64,000 nt of DNA from Phoronis australis (GCA_002633005.1 NMRA01000026.1:428434-492433); one strand, 5' to 3'. Counted from the first letter of the stretch, positions 22,576 through 37,586 are shown. Made by a program: numbers and translations. Notes: generated by a model from the sequence alone, not told the origin.

Positions 22576-25500
22576 TAAACTCTGAGAATGTGCGTGCTCC
22601 GTTATTTAGTTGATATTACAGCTGTCGTTGTAATAACGGGAATCTAGTTGTGCCAGTTGCCCGTTATTCAGCTGATGGACGATCTGACGATTTCATCGTT
22701 TGCATCTGATGCACGCAGTGTCACTTTTATTACTGGACAACAGCAGATTACAGTAATTGTGCAAAGTCAGCAGGTTTTCCCAGAAATTTCTCCATGCTAT
22801 TCCTTTCGAGAAAGGCTCATTTATAAAACCGGATCCCGTGTAAAGGCATTTTACAGTCCAGTTAGTCTACTGGTTTCAAAATAATGCGACCAGAACAAAA
22901 CATATGTTTGGTATAATAAAAGCGTAGTGTTTTCCCACCTCTTTCACTAAGGCGGGACATCCTGGCAATTTGCATTTCGAGATCGCGAAGATCAACCGAG
23001 TTGACACACAACCAAAACAACAATTTCAAATTACTATGCCATTAAGCCTTAATCTTGCTCAATCAAAGCTATGTATGTTTAACACATTTCTATTAACAAC
23101 AATTTGCTGTATCATTGACGTTTATCTTTTTGATTGCTTTAATACAACCCATTGGAGACTTTCATTGATACGTTTAGTATCATAAACGTATCTTAAGATC
23201 ATACGTACGAGACGGTGAGCATGTAAACCAGTTTAAGGGATACGCTTTAATCCAACGCAAGGCAAAGAAACCGCCATGCTGAAATTTTACCATAATTAAG
23301 TCTGTTCAAAAGACTAGTACCTAGAGGCGGACTAGACGGCTAGGATCTATTATGCACTATGTCTGGCCATAAGAATGATGTCGTATAGATATCGCAAGCT
23401 TTTGTTTAACTTGCGAGATCTATGCGACGGGGGTAAGCGCGTCGCATTGTTGTCGCCTATGGGGTACTATCATTGTTTTCCTTTATTGCGTCTTTGTTGG
23501 ATAGAACTATGCAGGTCGCACGGACATCGTACCTTGGACGCACATCAGCCGGTTACCGATAAATGATAACATTACGTCGTTTTCCCGTTGCTCCCAACTT
23601 GTTCGATTCTATAGCCCTACACCAAGTTGGGAAGATGACCCCTGTAGCTAATATTTTACACGACTGATTAACTCCATTCTGGCATTAGGGCCCAGCTCTT
23701 TTGTTCGATAAGTGCTCTAATCTCCAGTAGGATCGTATCTAGCCTGACTGGGCTGTGCTGTTAAAAATAAAAGTTAAGTTACAACACATTTGAACATAAA
23801 CCAATAGCATTTTTAAAATCCTCGTCAAATGGTGATCTCGTTTAGTTTTTGAATCGCCAAAATCGCCCAAGTACAACCGAAGTTACGACAATCTATTCTT
23901 TCCGAACGGCGTACCAATTCGCTCTGGGTTTGACTGTGTTCACACGTGGTCTGTAATAAGTTTGGCAGATAATTGGCCTGTTGTCACACCAGATGACTGT
24001 GCTTGGAAGTTAACAAAAGAAGCTAGATGTTATCACATGCTCACACTCACAACCCTCTAGGTCTGGTAAAGTCACTGAACGGGAAAACGCCGTCATGACA
24101 TTGTTGTTATTGTAAGACAGAAAACCAAAGTGGACAATGGATACGTCTATGCGATCTCTATGCGACGAACTTGCGGCCTAGTTTCATGTGGGAATTAATG
24201 CAGAAACTAAGAGCGGGCCTCCCAACAAGGGCACAAATTGGTTCCCTCGTTGCAGTCGTCTTTAACTTTTAATTCAAGGTTGATATCCGCTCAGTAACGG
24301 CAACACATTTATAATCTTACTCTCCGTGAAAACTGCGCTGGTCATAGCTCGCAGTAGATACGCAGCAAACCTTATTCAGTAGATTGTACACTTATTTTCG
24401 TATTATACTATTTATATGATGTATACTTAGTTATATAGTACTTTTATATAGTCCCTGCAGTCTTTACATGACTTTTGTAAATGCGAAAGCAACAACACCT
24501 ATTGTTTAGTCAAACCACGTGATTTCCAAATGCAGCTAGGAACTCGACAGTATTTTTGGCTTGCACGAAGGCAACTGCGCTCTGCAGGTCGTAACGATGT
24601 TTTTCAAACAAGTGACATTTCGACACTCATTGCCCGATAGTTTTACACAATTTGTGAATGTGTACTTCGTATTCTACACACTCCAAAAGTAGGCTTACCT
24701 TCCTCATAGAATTTTCTCTCAAATGCCTTCGACGAAAAGAAAAAAAACTAGGTAGTAAGGAAAGGTTTTGCTGTTTCTTAAGTTTTAAACGTAGGCCTAC
24801 GCATCTCGGCTCCTATATCGTATCTGTACCACGTGAGCGTGACGCCATAGGCCTATGGCGTTACAGGCGAAAATGTGAGAAAAAATGATTTATTCTTGAA
24901 AGTGTCTACTCATATTATTGCACGTATATGGATGACGTCCTGGCTTGTTTTGGGAGACTATAACAAATGAGAAGTTTTGATGCCAATGGAGTTAAAATTT
25001 TCTCAATAGTGGTTTTAATTAGAAAACTTTAGTTTACATTAACGACGTCAAGAGTGGTATTTTGTTTTTCAATTCAAATGTTTACATTGTCATTGACCTT
25101 GGTTTTTCACTGTCATGTTCGTGAAAAATGAAGTCGAATTTGATTTGAGAAATGCTAAGTTGTCATTTTTAATTCGTCTCTGCAACTCTGCACGACACAC
25201 TCAATGGTGATTGCGTTTTAATAACCTAGATAATGTATAGCTTAACCATAAATTAGTAAATTATCACACTGCCACACAAATCACCTCTGTCAGAACCTCT
25301 CTTAAAGTACAGATCCCGGTGTCAATGCTAATAAAATGAGCATAAATACTTGGCATACTAATTCCGAGCGCCAATAAGTCGAATCGACCTCGCTAAAAGT
25401 CTACGATACACCCGGCATTTGCGATTCGCGCTCAAATGTTTTCAGCAAACTGGAAAGGTCACCCCGATGAGTTTGACGTCATAATTAGTGTTTCCAACGA

Positions 25501-25770
25501 ATGACCAGGGGGAATGCTCTATTGTATACAACGTTTTGACGTCGGTTTGGTCGTAAGTATTCCAAATTTCTCCAAGCGTATTTCCCGGCAAACCGGCGGA
25601 GACTACTAAAATGTCGACTATAGAAACGAATGCTTGCCGCTAATCTGAATTTTCGCTCAAGTTCTTTGACTCAACTTGTTGCTCAGCTCGGACAGTCTCG
25701 GGCTCCACTAGCAAGGCCAGGCACCGTGCGGCTGGATCAAGTGCATACTACTGACTTCGCACATGGCCAG

Positions 25771-26018
25771 GGGCCCGCTCCAAGAAAACTGCCTTAGCTA
25801 AGACAAATCTTAAATTTCAGTCAATTTTAAAATGAAATTTAAATTTGTCTCAAGTCCGTTTCAAGAAAGAAATCTTAAGATTGACTTAAGTTTTTGATTT
25901 AAGTTTTGTCTTAACTTCCACTAACTTACCGGATGAGGAAGTTTCGAAGTTTGGAAGTTGAGACAAATCTTAGACTTAAGTCAAATATGAACTTGAATCA
26001 GTTTCTTTGAACAGACTC
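25771..26018. mobile_element. PIF/Harbinger-like MITE with internal ttaaga/tcttaa repeats
   Basis: TIR gggcccgctccaagaaaactg / cagtttctttgaacagactc, with CAG on both flanks. Confidence 0.55.
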
Positions 26019-27539
26019 CAGCATTCGCACCTGGGTCGAGTTCAACAACGCCAGTGTCTCTCTGGAAAAGCGAAATCAAACGAGAATTCGCGAGATGTCG
26101 CCGTGTTTTTTCAATGATTGTGGCTGGATTATTCTCGCCGCGAGACATTTATTGAACTCTTCCCTGTTTCACTTCGTTAATTACCGTAAACTTCGTTATA
26201 ATTGCTTTCTGACTCACCAATCACAATATTTACATCAAAATCGCTCGAGATCCTCAGTACCAATCGAAGGTATCCGCCATTGTTGGGCAATCATGTAAAC
26301 ATCGTTTACTACTAAGCCAAGACTGGCGTGTAGGCCTATTATTTTACTGATATGGGGCCTTTTACTTCGCAAGGCAACATTAACGTATTATTTTACTGAT
26401 ATCTGGTCTTAGTTATTTCCATATGCTACCACATGCGGCGATTTCAGTCGAAAAAAACAACATGATTCTAACTTGTAACATCGAACATCAAAAGCAATGG
26501 CAAGTGATCAATTTGTGTTTTCGATAACTTGGCTAGTTTACACTGCTTCCCGTGCTCTGTTTTCAACCTCCATTCAAAACGGTTCCTTGTCGAGGAATGT
26601 TATGAGAGGATTCGTAAAATACCGTCTATTTCCTCAACATCTTGTTAAGCAGTTCATGGTGAGCTGAATCGTGGTCGAGCCGCTCTCGCCACCTGGACAC
26701 GGGGCACTAAAACATGCGCGCAAAGTAGGGCATTCTTGAAAGAACCCATCTCGTGAACCCAGCACGCGCGTTGTAGTGCTGAATTTCTGTTCTAGCATAG
26801 ATTGTAGGCCTATAACAAGATAGCGTTGCGTACACCAAATTTATTGTGAGAAAAGCATCTAGATCTCTCAAGTCCTTCGTTGCCAAAACACACGATTGAA
26901 AGGCGAGTATTTCGCGAGACAGTGTGTTCGGGAAATTCGCTTGTTAAACCTAGTAAACTGGTGGCCACTGAAGTGACTGGTTGCGGGTGAGGTTGGCGTT
27001 TGAATTCACTGTTCCCGTTTTTAAGCAGAAAATTTTCGTCGCAAATGTAGACTAATGTCCCGCAGTCTTCGGAACGCAGCCTTGATCGTCACTGTGACAA
27101 CGCGTGGGCCCTGCTGACTAAATGGCCCTGCCATCTCTCTGCCATTAAAAGTTCAGTAACAGAGTGAGTTTTTCTGATAAATTACCGTTTGTTCACAACA
27201 CTTCGATCACCAACATTTACTTGTATGAAATTTTAATTTTGGAAATAAGCTGTCATTATGCGAACTATGTTGTGTTTCGGATGCGAGAGGATCGAGTCTC
27301 GCCAGATCTAGTCTCGAATCCAGCCTTTGTTGGCATTTAGAATCTAGTGAACATTTCCAAAACGAAACCACGTGGTCAGATATTTACCAGAGTAAGTTTG
27401 GGTCCCTAGTCTAGATAGCATATGAGACATTTTACCGGTTATTTGCTATTTTATCAAAAGTCTAATGGGAAGTTGTGTTGCCAACTTGGTCCCAATACAA
27501 TTTTCTCTAGAATTGTTATGACAACCCTGATGTGACGAG

Positions 27540-27600
27540 GAATATGATGATGATAACGATAATGATAAAAACTGATGATGATGATGATGATGAATGATGG
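27540..27600 (+). repeat. Imperfect (GAT)n microsatellite
   Basis: Visible gat repeats. Confidence 0.85.
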
Positions 27601-29667
27601 CAAAGCAAGTTAACCTTCTGCGCCAACAGTACATTGTAAACTAATATTTCAACAAAATAACAATGGTCAGAAATTTTGAAAAACTCGAGAATTGTGAGTT
27701 GTAGGGAGAAACGGGACAATGTTGTCACTAAGCTCTAGACAAGATCTATCTACATCGCAATTTAAAAATGTAATGGGCCGCGGAAAAAGTAAGCAGTAGA
27801 AAAGTGCCCTAGACAGCATCATTTATTGTCCGATTTCGACATTAGGGGCCTATTTCTTTTTGTCTTTTGATTTTGGCTTTTAGTCTGCTCAGTCGCGAGC
27901 AGGTTACGAATTTTTGCTTTTTGGTTTCGATTTGTAGACAGATTTTCTGACTTTTTGCCTCGGCTTGATTTCGTAAAATAGGTTAAGCCACCCACAGACT
28001 GATTTTTGGCCAAAAGACAAACGACACTGAACTTCTCGAGTAACAGCCTCGCCTCAAACTATTGACGATTTACGTGCTGAGCGTTAATTTCAAGTCGATT
28101 GGACGTCAGATGCGACCCCAGGCGTGCGTAGTTAGTAGACAGTTAGACTATGTACGACAATGCTGACTCTGACTAATAAAATCAAACGAAACTAGACGAA
28201 CATAAACAAAAAATAAAACATGAAAGAATGACAATTACAATAATACTCCACAGATTAAAGATTACACCACCTTCAAAATAAAGAAAAATATTCATCCCTG
28301 GACTACGTAACTCGAATCGCGGTCTCAGGGCAGCTTAACCAACTAAAACACAAGAACACAATTGGTCACGTGTTTTAATCTATACTGAAAAGGTATTTCA
28401 CAAAAACGATCCCAAAATCACCCTGCAAAGCACAGGCTAAGAAGCGAAATGTAACGATCACATGTTCTAGGTAAGAAAGAGCTAGATAAAATCCAATTAC
28501 TGATTGGAAGAAATTGATTCTCAAATCAAAGACCTTCACATCTCACTGTTGCTATTCCCTATATACACTTTTAAAAAGTGGAATTCTTATTGACAATTCT
28601 CCATATCGGCTTTCGCCGGCCAACGTACTCAGATATCAATTAACTAGGCCTCTGAATCGGTATCTCGCACTCCCATAACCGTACATGTACGTGAGTCCCC
28701 GACTAGAACAGTTAGTAGATCGTAACGAAAAATAGATGACGCAAAGCATAGCTCTTAGTGAGATCTACTCGAATAATAAATTTCAGAAAGATTCGTTAAA
28801 GAACGGCGGAGCTGTTACTCTGATACCCATAGTAGAAATTGATTTTAATGTGTCTATCCCGGATACCAGACTCATTGTATAAAATCAAAAGCATTCACAA
28901 ACAATGTCAAATGACTCACTACCAAAGTCGGAGGAGGAAATCTAAAATTTGCTCTTATAGCTCACCTGATGGTCTGTTTATCAACCGAGTTCTGAAAGAT
29001 TGACTAAATTTTGTCAATTTTCATTTTTTGTAATTTTTAAAAATTAAACTCAAATCTCTCGAAATCCATAAGAGTGTTCCTGTCCATTTGATAATAGTGC
29101 TTCCAGGTCAACTGAAAACAACAAAATGGCCACCATAGATGCCATGTTGAAAGTAAAATTCGTGCATAATGAAACAAGTATGCATAAGGATCACGTGCAA
29201 ACTGAAAGTGATTACATGCATATTGCGACCTCAGTTGGAAAAAATGTGTTTCGGCAAACTTGGGGTTTCTCGACAAAAAGGCAGCCGTATCCGCCATCTT
29301 GAAACGGCTGCGGTTGACACTTTGCAGAACTGTAGTGCATGTGCAGTTGTATATATGTACACATTTTGAGTGTAATATAACGACAAATGATGGTTTTAGA
29401 AGAGTTCATGAGTGCGAGTTTTGTAACAAAATGGCCGCCACGCCCGTCTGACTCCGCCAACTTTAATCTAAATGTGAAAAGTAACAATAGACTTCGAGAC
29501 AGTTGTGTGTAAATTTCTTGTCATGCAGACAGACGAAAGTTATTCCACCAAGTGATAAGAAATAACACGTGTTTTACTTTTTCTAGTCTACGTCCTTTTT
29601 AAATGCGAGAGTATCAACACCAAGAATCATTTTAATCAACTCACCTGACTGTTCCAACTAAGGAAGT

Positions 29668-30530
29668 TAATACATTCACAAAACGTACCGAGAGTGGTGC
29701 AGATATATAGATTATTACATGGCGAAGTCGCTATCCCCCATAATCTAGAGCCCGAGTGGATTTTGGAGAATTATCGCCCTCGGGGCTGACGGCTCTCGGG
29801 CGATAATTCTACAAAATCCACGCGGGCTCTAGATAATGGGGATAACAACTTAGAACATGTAATAATCTATTTATACCACATACTGAACGATTGTAATGAA
29901 CTGATCTACATTTCTCTACTCGCGTCGTGGATTCTGTAGAATTAACACCCTCAGGGCTTACGCCCCTCGGGCGATAATTCTCCAAAATCCACTCGGGCTC
30001 TAGATTACGGGAGATAACGACTTTGTCATGTAATAATCTATATTATATCCCATGAGACATTGCGCGTATCGACCGAGACTGAAGGTCGAAGTCGATGAAC
30101 GGAAAAAGGTCGAGGTACGTTTTATATTTATCCCATACGTTTCAAGCTTTCAATTTCTTTTATCAATTCAACAGATTTTTTAGATACTTCATCCAGACTG
30201 TTCACGTGGTGGATCACTAACTATAGTGTATGTACTTGCGCGCTATGTTACAAGTTTACTCTAGTTAAAGAAAACAGTATTAAATGTAAAAATTTATTAC
30301 TTGAAAAGAGATAACAAAGATGAAAATAACGGTAATTATGCATTGAACTTGTAACATTTCCTGAAAATAATTAAATAACAACAATATTTAACATTGCCGA
30401 GGAATCTGCGCCTGAGTTGCAGACGATATAGTATTTAACAAATAAAAACTGAGACAGAAGTGCAGATGTTATGCACCAGATGTTATGTTTGGAACCTGAC
30501 TGCATGTTGAGTGTTATTTTTACTGCTGCA
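29668..30530 (+). mobile_element. Dispersed repeat (possibly Crypton-like non-autonomous element), copy 1
   Basis: Colinear with 37587-38130 (aaaacgtacc, tttatcccatacg, tacttgcgcg.tatgttacaa, gcgcctgagttgcagacgatat). Confidence 0.7.
29705..30043. repeat. Compound palindrome (two hairpin units in inverted orientation) inserted in a dispersed repeat
   Basis: Outer TIR atatagattattacatg / catgtaataatctatat. Inner palindromes span 29707-29870 and ~29925-30000. Confidence 0.85.
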
Positions 30531-31067
30531 AGTTTTTACTTTAAACTAAATTATTTCCAATCGGGTGGAAATTATTTCGACCTGGGTTGAAATTATTTTA
30601 CTAAACTGTCTCCGTCTGATGAGAACTATAATACTGGTCTCCGCTCATCTTCAGCGCCTAATCGCTCAAATTTAAGAAGAATGGCCTCGTGTTAAAATAT
30701 TTAAAAGAAAATCGCAGTGGCCTCTAACTGCCGACTGAAGAACTTATTGCTATCACTGAAAGATAAGCCATATAGTGTCAGTAGTCTCATTGAGTTGAGA
30801 CCTCATAATTTATATCAAAGAGTCGACACTTCAGTTCCAAAAATTGGTAGCATTCAATACTCGTTGCCGTTTTGAAATTGCTCGGAATTTGTTCCTTACA
30901 AAGAAAAAAATGCTCTCTGATCTTGCAAAGAACTGGCATTTCGCTGCCTTGACCGTGCTAACCATTTTATGAGGTGCGCATGGTCTCCGTCAAGCAAAAC
31001 CGAACTGTCATGTCTTCCAATACACGGAAATCAATACTAACTTGAGAAAGGAACAAGCTCCGCCGCG

Positions 31068-31520
31068 TCCCCAAGCCTCAAGATGGCTGGTTAGGGGAAA
31101 TCAAATTTGCCACACATTTTTACGGAAAATGCCGGAACATCAAGAGTAATATAAAGTTATATCAACTTTGAAATTTTCTGCACTATAATACAAAAATGGA
31201 AATTAAGAGTATATTGCAGCAATTTAGGTCTAAATTATTACAAAATGATGTATTTTGATTCGAAAACAGATTAATTTCTATGGTACTATTAATAAAACAG
31301 AATGGAAATAAGTACGCGAACAACCTTTATTTCAAACAATAACCAAAATGCCTTCTGCTTCATGAATGGCAGCATCAACTCTTGTGAAAATGATTAAAAT
31401 CTGCCTTTGTTTTATCGACGTCAAGGCAGGGGTCAATCATTACGCAGAAGGTATTTCCCAGAACTAAGCCTCAAATAGCTAAACCGATCACCGCCATCTT
31501 GAGGCTTGGGGACGAGGCTG
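31068..31520. mobile_element. MITE with ~22-bp TIRs
   Basis: cgtccccaagcctcaagatggc (31066-31087) / gccatcttgaggcttggggacg (31493-31514). Confidence 0.75.
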
Positions 31521-31573
31521 GGAAAAAGCTTAGACCAGTGGTGTGTTACGCAAGAATAAGAAACTCAAAAAAG

Positions 31574-31650
31574 TAAGATCAGGAAATAAACATCGCGCAA
31601 AATCACGCGATTAAGATCAGGAAATAAAAATCGCGCAAAATCACGCGAAT
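31574..31650 (+). repeat. Recent 38-39-bp tandem duplication
   Basis: taagatcaggaaataaaa(c)atcgcgcaaaatcacgcga occurs twice in tandem. Confidence 0.9.
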
Positions 31651-33940
31651 AAAAGGCGAATATTCCGCGAATGTGTTACGCAAAATGGCGGCCACTGAAA
31701 TGATTGGTCGGTGAGGTTGGAATGTTGACTCAGGGGAAAGAATTCACGGCTTCCCTTCGAAAAGCGAAGATTTCTGCTTCGCGTGTGCCTTGCGTCTACA
31801 GAACGCAGCTCAGTTTTGTAACGGCCAGTGAGTGGTACACAGTGCAGTTTAAGCATTAATACGGTTCCTTATCCGTTCTCTTGTTTGCTATCGATTACCA
31901 TCTCCCTACATAGTACATGCAGTTTCTAATACAGAACATTCCCATGACATAAACAACTTAAAAGATCCTGAACCAATCTCACTACATATCAGTAATAGGA
32001 TTATGCTATTTACATGCGTTATAAAGCTACATGCTGGTTATAATAAAAATAAAAAATCACATTGTATTTATTTAACAAAATACTATTTGTGTTTACGCCT
32101 AAGTCGTAACTGTCATGTAACAACGTTCTCCTATCCAAGGCCAGTTTTCTAATTTGTGTGTACGTGTATACATTTCACACAAAGCGAATTGGTGCAAGAA
32201 GGAGCAATAGCCACTCACAAGCTCCCGGATTTTGAGAACCAATTTGATGCACGTTATTAAGGAGTGTGAGTCTTCTTATTCCTTCTGCCTCAAATCTCAC
32301 GTTGTCACACTGTTGTCTTCGTTTCATCCACCGACTACTGCTACTATTGGTGTTGCTAGCACTACCAGGGACAATTTTAGGATAGCGCCCTGCGTCATTG
32401 TCGCAAAAAACAATCGATACACAGTCTTAGCTTAAAGCGACGTTATCCTTTTTACGGCCGAAATTTGCATTTTTAGAATTATTGTTAAATGGCTTAGGCT
32501 TCATGAAGTTGTTAGCTTTAGCCAGCGGTATTAAATAATAAAATCCGTTGTGTTTTTGTAAGGTTATTGCAAGTCGCCAATTCTCGTCGTCTGTCAAAGC
32601 CGTCTATCGAGTGTCGTCTAATTCCTCTAGTAGAGTGTTTGGCTGAGACCGCGAAGGTTTCTGGTTTGAATCTGCGCTCAGGCTGATCACAGAAAATCGG
32701 TTTTCTCACCGACAATGTCTCTTTAACGAATCTGTTTTTCAAAGATTCGTACAAAAGACAGTATCTCTCTTAAAGAATAACTGATATTACCATAAATGCA
32801 GAAAGGCATGCCATTTATAAACTGGAAACACTGCACGGGCTTGGCTCTATTTCTGCGGAAGCACAAAACAAAAATGTAGTAAACAGATGATTTTTCCACA
32901 CGTTGTCACCCGTGTTCTAGTTCCGTGTGTTACGTCATCACCCAGCCACCGTGATCGAAATCTAATCTTTGGGAATCGTTTCACAGAAGGCACTGCTATA
33001 TTGACATTTTTAATGTCTGCTTTTAACACTGTCAAACTAATAAATTATGTTTCGATTAAGCGTCACAAAACAACATCTGTTTCAATGACACGAATAGATG
33101 AATTAAACGTAATAAAGTGGAAAATCTGCATGCAGTATACTTCGAACAATCGACTTTATTTAGTGGAAGTGAACAAGGCGCGTTCCGTAGACTCATTTAA
33201 AAGATTCGCTAATAAAACATGTATGATCACGTGCTTCGCTTGTAAAGGCTAGCAAACACGATGCGATTTTTGTCGGAGGTCTCTCGATTTTTATCGATGT
33301 TAAATTTTTTCAGTTGAACCATCGAACACGGCACGATTTTTGTCGTGGCCGAGGCGACTCGCAGCGACCTCGTTTATGGTTATCAAAATAATCAACAATT
33401 AGAATACGGTAATTAGCATGGACCTGTCATTTCCAGCTCGAGTGTGACTTGCTACCGCGCTCGAACTGTCCTTTTTGCGTCATATCCGAGATCCTAATTG
33501 CTGATTTTGACCTATCACAAAACAAATAATTGGCACCATGTCCACACGATATGACGTGGTGCGAACACGTTTGGCATTCACAGACAACTTGCGATTTTGC
33601 TGTTTACCTATCGCGAACCAGCCCACACGATACGATATTTCATCGGCTACATGGTCGTAACGAGGAATCAAACCTGAAGCTTGCCTCCCGTACTTAGACA
33701 GGGCTCAGTCGCGCATCCTGTTGGGACAGTTTAAAGCTACACATTTTTACGGATTTTTGAATCAAATTTTTAGGATGTTTACTTTTCTTGTTCTTGAAAC
33801 GTAGAAGACTGTACAAAAAGTCTCACTTGTCTCGGAAGCTACATCATTTGAAAACACGATGTCTTGTGATGAGTTTCTCTTGAAATCCGATTTTTGCAAC
33901 TGTTTGGAATAGCAAAGTTTCAAAGTATGGAACAAACGGG

Positions 33941-33996
33941 CGTAAGTGTAGTGTAAAACGCATAATGGGCATTATGCGTTTTACACTACACTTACG
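33941..33996. repeat. Perfect palindrome, 27-bp arms with a 2-nt spacer
   Basis: cgtaagtgtagtgtaaaacgcataatg-gg-cattatgcgttttacactacacttacg. Confidence 0.95.
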
Positions 33997-36900
33997 AGAA
34001 ATTTGTCAGATTATCCGCCTCTATGCCTATTTGTTGCTTGTTCGATGTAAATGTTTTCATAAACGAAATATGTTCGAACGGTAAGTGAGTGTTTATTTCC
34101 ATGTCCATCAAATTTGTAGATCTAAATTTCTAGTATTGGTATGTATTCGGTAATTAAGATATTTCATTTACGGCGATGTAACGACTTTCAACTGCATTGC
34201 GGGGTGGTTGTCGATTTGTAAACATCCGGCAACATCACAGAAATAAACTTTGGGCGTGTAACCTGTTTTATAAATGTTTCAAGTGGTGAGATTTGACTTC
34301 AGCGCGATCGGATGGAAGAGGTGGCCTTGGGCTGAGAACTGTGATATTTGCGTTTTTGCCACCTTGTCGACAGAGTGAAACAAAGGCAGCAAGTCCAGTG
34401 ACGTATACGTTGTCAAACAAAACCCAGTGAAAATTGTACAGAGTCTCCAGATATCATTTCATGTTTAAGAGTCGACAAAAGTCCCACAATGCATTTGAAA
34501 AAAGATAACAGCGCCACAGATAAAGTCCTACAAATTACAAGGCTTGTCTACCTTAATTTTCACGCTCAGCATGCCTAACACAAATATTTTTTGTCTAGTA
34601 CGTGTAATTTTCGGGCCATGAACGCTGTCAAAATAATCACGAACGACTGCGATCCGGGGAAACATAGGGAGTCATCGAAGTGACAGAGAATGAGCCAGCA
34701 CGGCTAACACGATGCAACTAATTGGAAAGAATACAATCATCTATTGGAAATATCGTTTTTCAAATGCACGAATAGTCAGTGAGCAACTTGTGATCAAAAA
34801 AACATAAAATTCAGAAGCGCGCTGTAATTTGTGGAACCATGACAACACCAAACGACACAATTTCTTGGAATTAAATTTTTGTCCCATGCGCTTATCACAC
34901 AAATTTGAAAAGTTTAACTCACTTCACAGGTTCGCCTCGCACGCTATAAAATAACAAAAATCATCACAAACGTTATAACAAAGACTGCAGATGGTTACGG
35001 GAACTAATTCCTCAAGAGGGATTTGAAGAAGGGAAATAAGTGTAAAACTCAGTTTTAGCAAAGATTCTTCATGTTGCACACGTATTTAGTTATGAAAATC
35101 TTTGAAAGTCGCACAAACCTACAGCTGCAATCGAGCTTTCAACGGAAGATGTCAAAGTGACGAAATTATGTTCAGAAACTCTAAACAATGTAAGGAAAGC
35201 ATACCTGCATTCAAATTTTGTTCTGCTCGTTAAAGCGCCCTGTCTTCAATAACGGCGACCAGCTGCTGTTGTGCCGATCAAGTAATATACTGCGTTATAC
35301 ACTTGCGCGCGCTTTTTTTATACGCGCTGCCGCGAGCCTATGAAAGTGAGACTAATGATCGCGCTGATTCCCTGATATATTTCGTGTCTCATTTGCCATT
35401 AATACCTCGTTATTAATACGTCAAATTACTGATCAAGAAGCTGAGATGGCCATTTAATCAAAATGTGCTGTTAAAGGTCATTAAAGCTGCGTGTTATCAC
35501 ATCCTGTTACTCTCGGTAAGGATACGTAGGACCTTTATTGACAAGTATTTAGTCAAGTACCTACAAAATTATAGGTTTTAATGTTGTGAAAGTCTATATT
35601 TTCAGAAAGCAGATTGCCTGCAGAATTTGACTTTTGATTTTTGACAACCTGCCATTAGTTTGGTCATGAGACCATGTCTGCTTTTTTGAATTTAGAAAGA
35701 TGAACAGTACATTGATAGCAAAACAACGGTGACATGGATTTGGTGTTCGACTTTTTGCAACCCGAGTCAAAAACACTGCTACAGTTTCCTAACTCACAAT
35801 TTCGTTTTCGTTTGAAGCAAGTTTAGTATTCTTACATAAAAATAATAAAAGTCTTATTTTTGATAGCCTCTTAATCAAAAAAAAAAAAAATTCTAGCAGC
35901 GGTTTGGAAAACAATGCAATAAACATGGTATCTGAAAGCTCTGTAAGGAAAAGATCAGCCATTTCTGAGATATAACGTTCCATTGTTAACTAAATTTGGA
36001 CGTTTTTCTAAGATCCTAAATTCCTGACGCTGCAACCTGAATCTCAAGTCTCAGGATTAACGAAACAAATCTATTAAAAATAAGTATGTAAACGTCTCCA
36101 TACACTAAAAAGTGATTAATGGCTAGATAAACAAACTTTTTGGATAAATAAAATATGCGTGCTGTTATTGTTTGTAAACACATATTTTGAAAACATTTAA
36201 TACTTCGGTTAGTGTTGATACCCATCTCCACATGAAGGTTGCAAATTTTGCATTCTTGTGGGGGCCGCCTTCGATGCATAATTGTTGTTAGTCAATTTCG
36301 AACTTTGCTTGACTTAACAAACAAAAATTTGATTCGCAGTGTTAAAATTAAAAAAATCGCAAAATTGTCTCAAAATGAACACACCACTATTAAGCTATGA
36401 ATAAAGATTAGATTTCTATGATGACATCATCAGGGCGTAGAAATCACCATGAACACACACTGCAAAAACTTTTAGCACGCAAAATGAGCCTTTACCAAGG
36501 AACCTTAACTCCATCTGAACCCAGACACTCTTACCCAGGACAATTGCCAGTGAACGGAAAACAACACATAGGAGCTCTATGAAGTTTGTGTTCGTAGTAA
36601 AGGTTTTTTGTGAATAGCCAAAGTTTTTGCGCTGCGTGGTAAGGGTGCACGCCCTTGTTGGTTACTATCTTTCTACTCAATTCGTACAAGTAAACGGCGA
36701 GGTTTAATTTTAAGAAATTATGTTATGCCAGCAGTTGCCATTCGAGTCTATTATTTTAGTTTAGTTACGTGTCTCTTGCCTGCTCCGCTTTCACGGGAAA
36801 TTTCTGCAAGAGACCCAGTTACACTACAAACTGTCGCAACTGCACAAATTGTCGCAGACGGAAGTACAAACTGTCGCAGTTTTACGTTGATGCAATTTAG

Positions 36901-37586
36901 GGTTTGTGCAGTCGCACCTTCGTAACCCTCAAATTACCACCTTTTGAACAGGCCATCGAAACACAAACTGCCGTAGTTAGGTAAGCAACCAGCATCGACG
37001 TAACAACGACCATTTTTAAGATGCCTGAGTAAATGCAGTACTTACATGAACCTCGTGATATCACTGGCAGACGACAGGTTATTGTCAAGTTCCATTCGTT
37101 TTTACACCGTATGTAATTTCCATGTCTTGGCAATAAAGTCATCCTTGCCGACCGACATAGCAGCTACTGGCAACCTAACCATTCTGCCAACTTTGGCACT
37201 CTTTGAGTCTTTCGTCACACTTTCCTTTTAGTCGACACCATTCTCCACAATCTCGTGGTTAACCTGAGGTAGGAACGTCTTGTGTCCCTCTGGTCGCTTC
37301 AAGTTCACTCGCCCGGTCTTAGGTTATTTTCATGTTGTGGGGCAGAGCCGTCCATCCCTCGAGACTCGGAAAATTTGTACAAACCGTCATTGCACCCAAT
37401 TGCGTTTAAATTATATTGTGACAATTTTACTTTCATTGAAGACCTGCACAAATTGTTACAAATTCATTAGGCACAGAAGAAATGTGAAATAACAAACTGG
37501 CGATGTTTTATACATTTTCTACAGCCCCTTTTACGAAAGTGGTTATCGGGCTAGTCAACTAACGTGACTTTCCACGTAAGGAAGTG

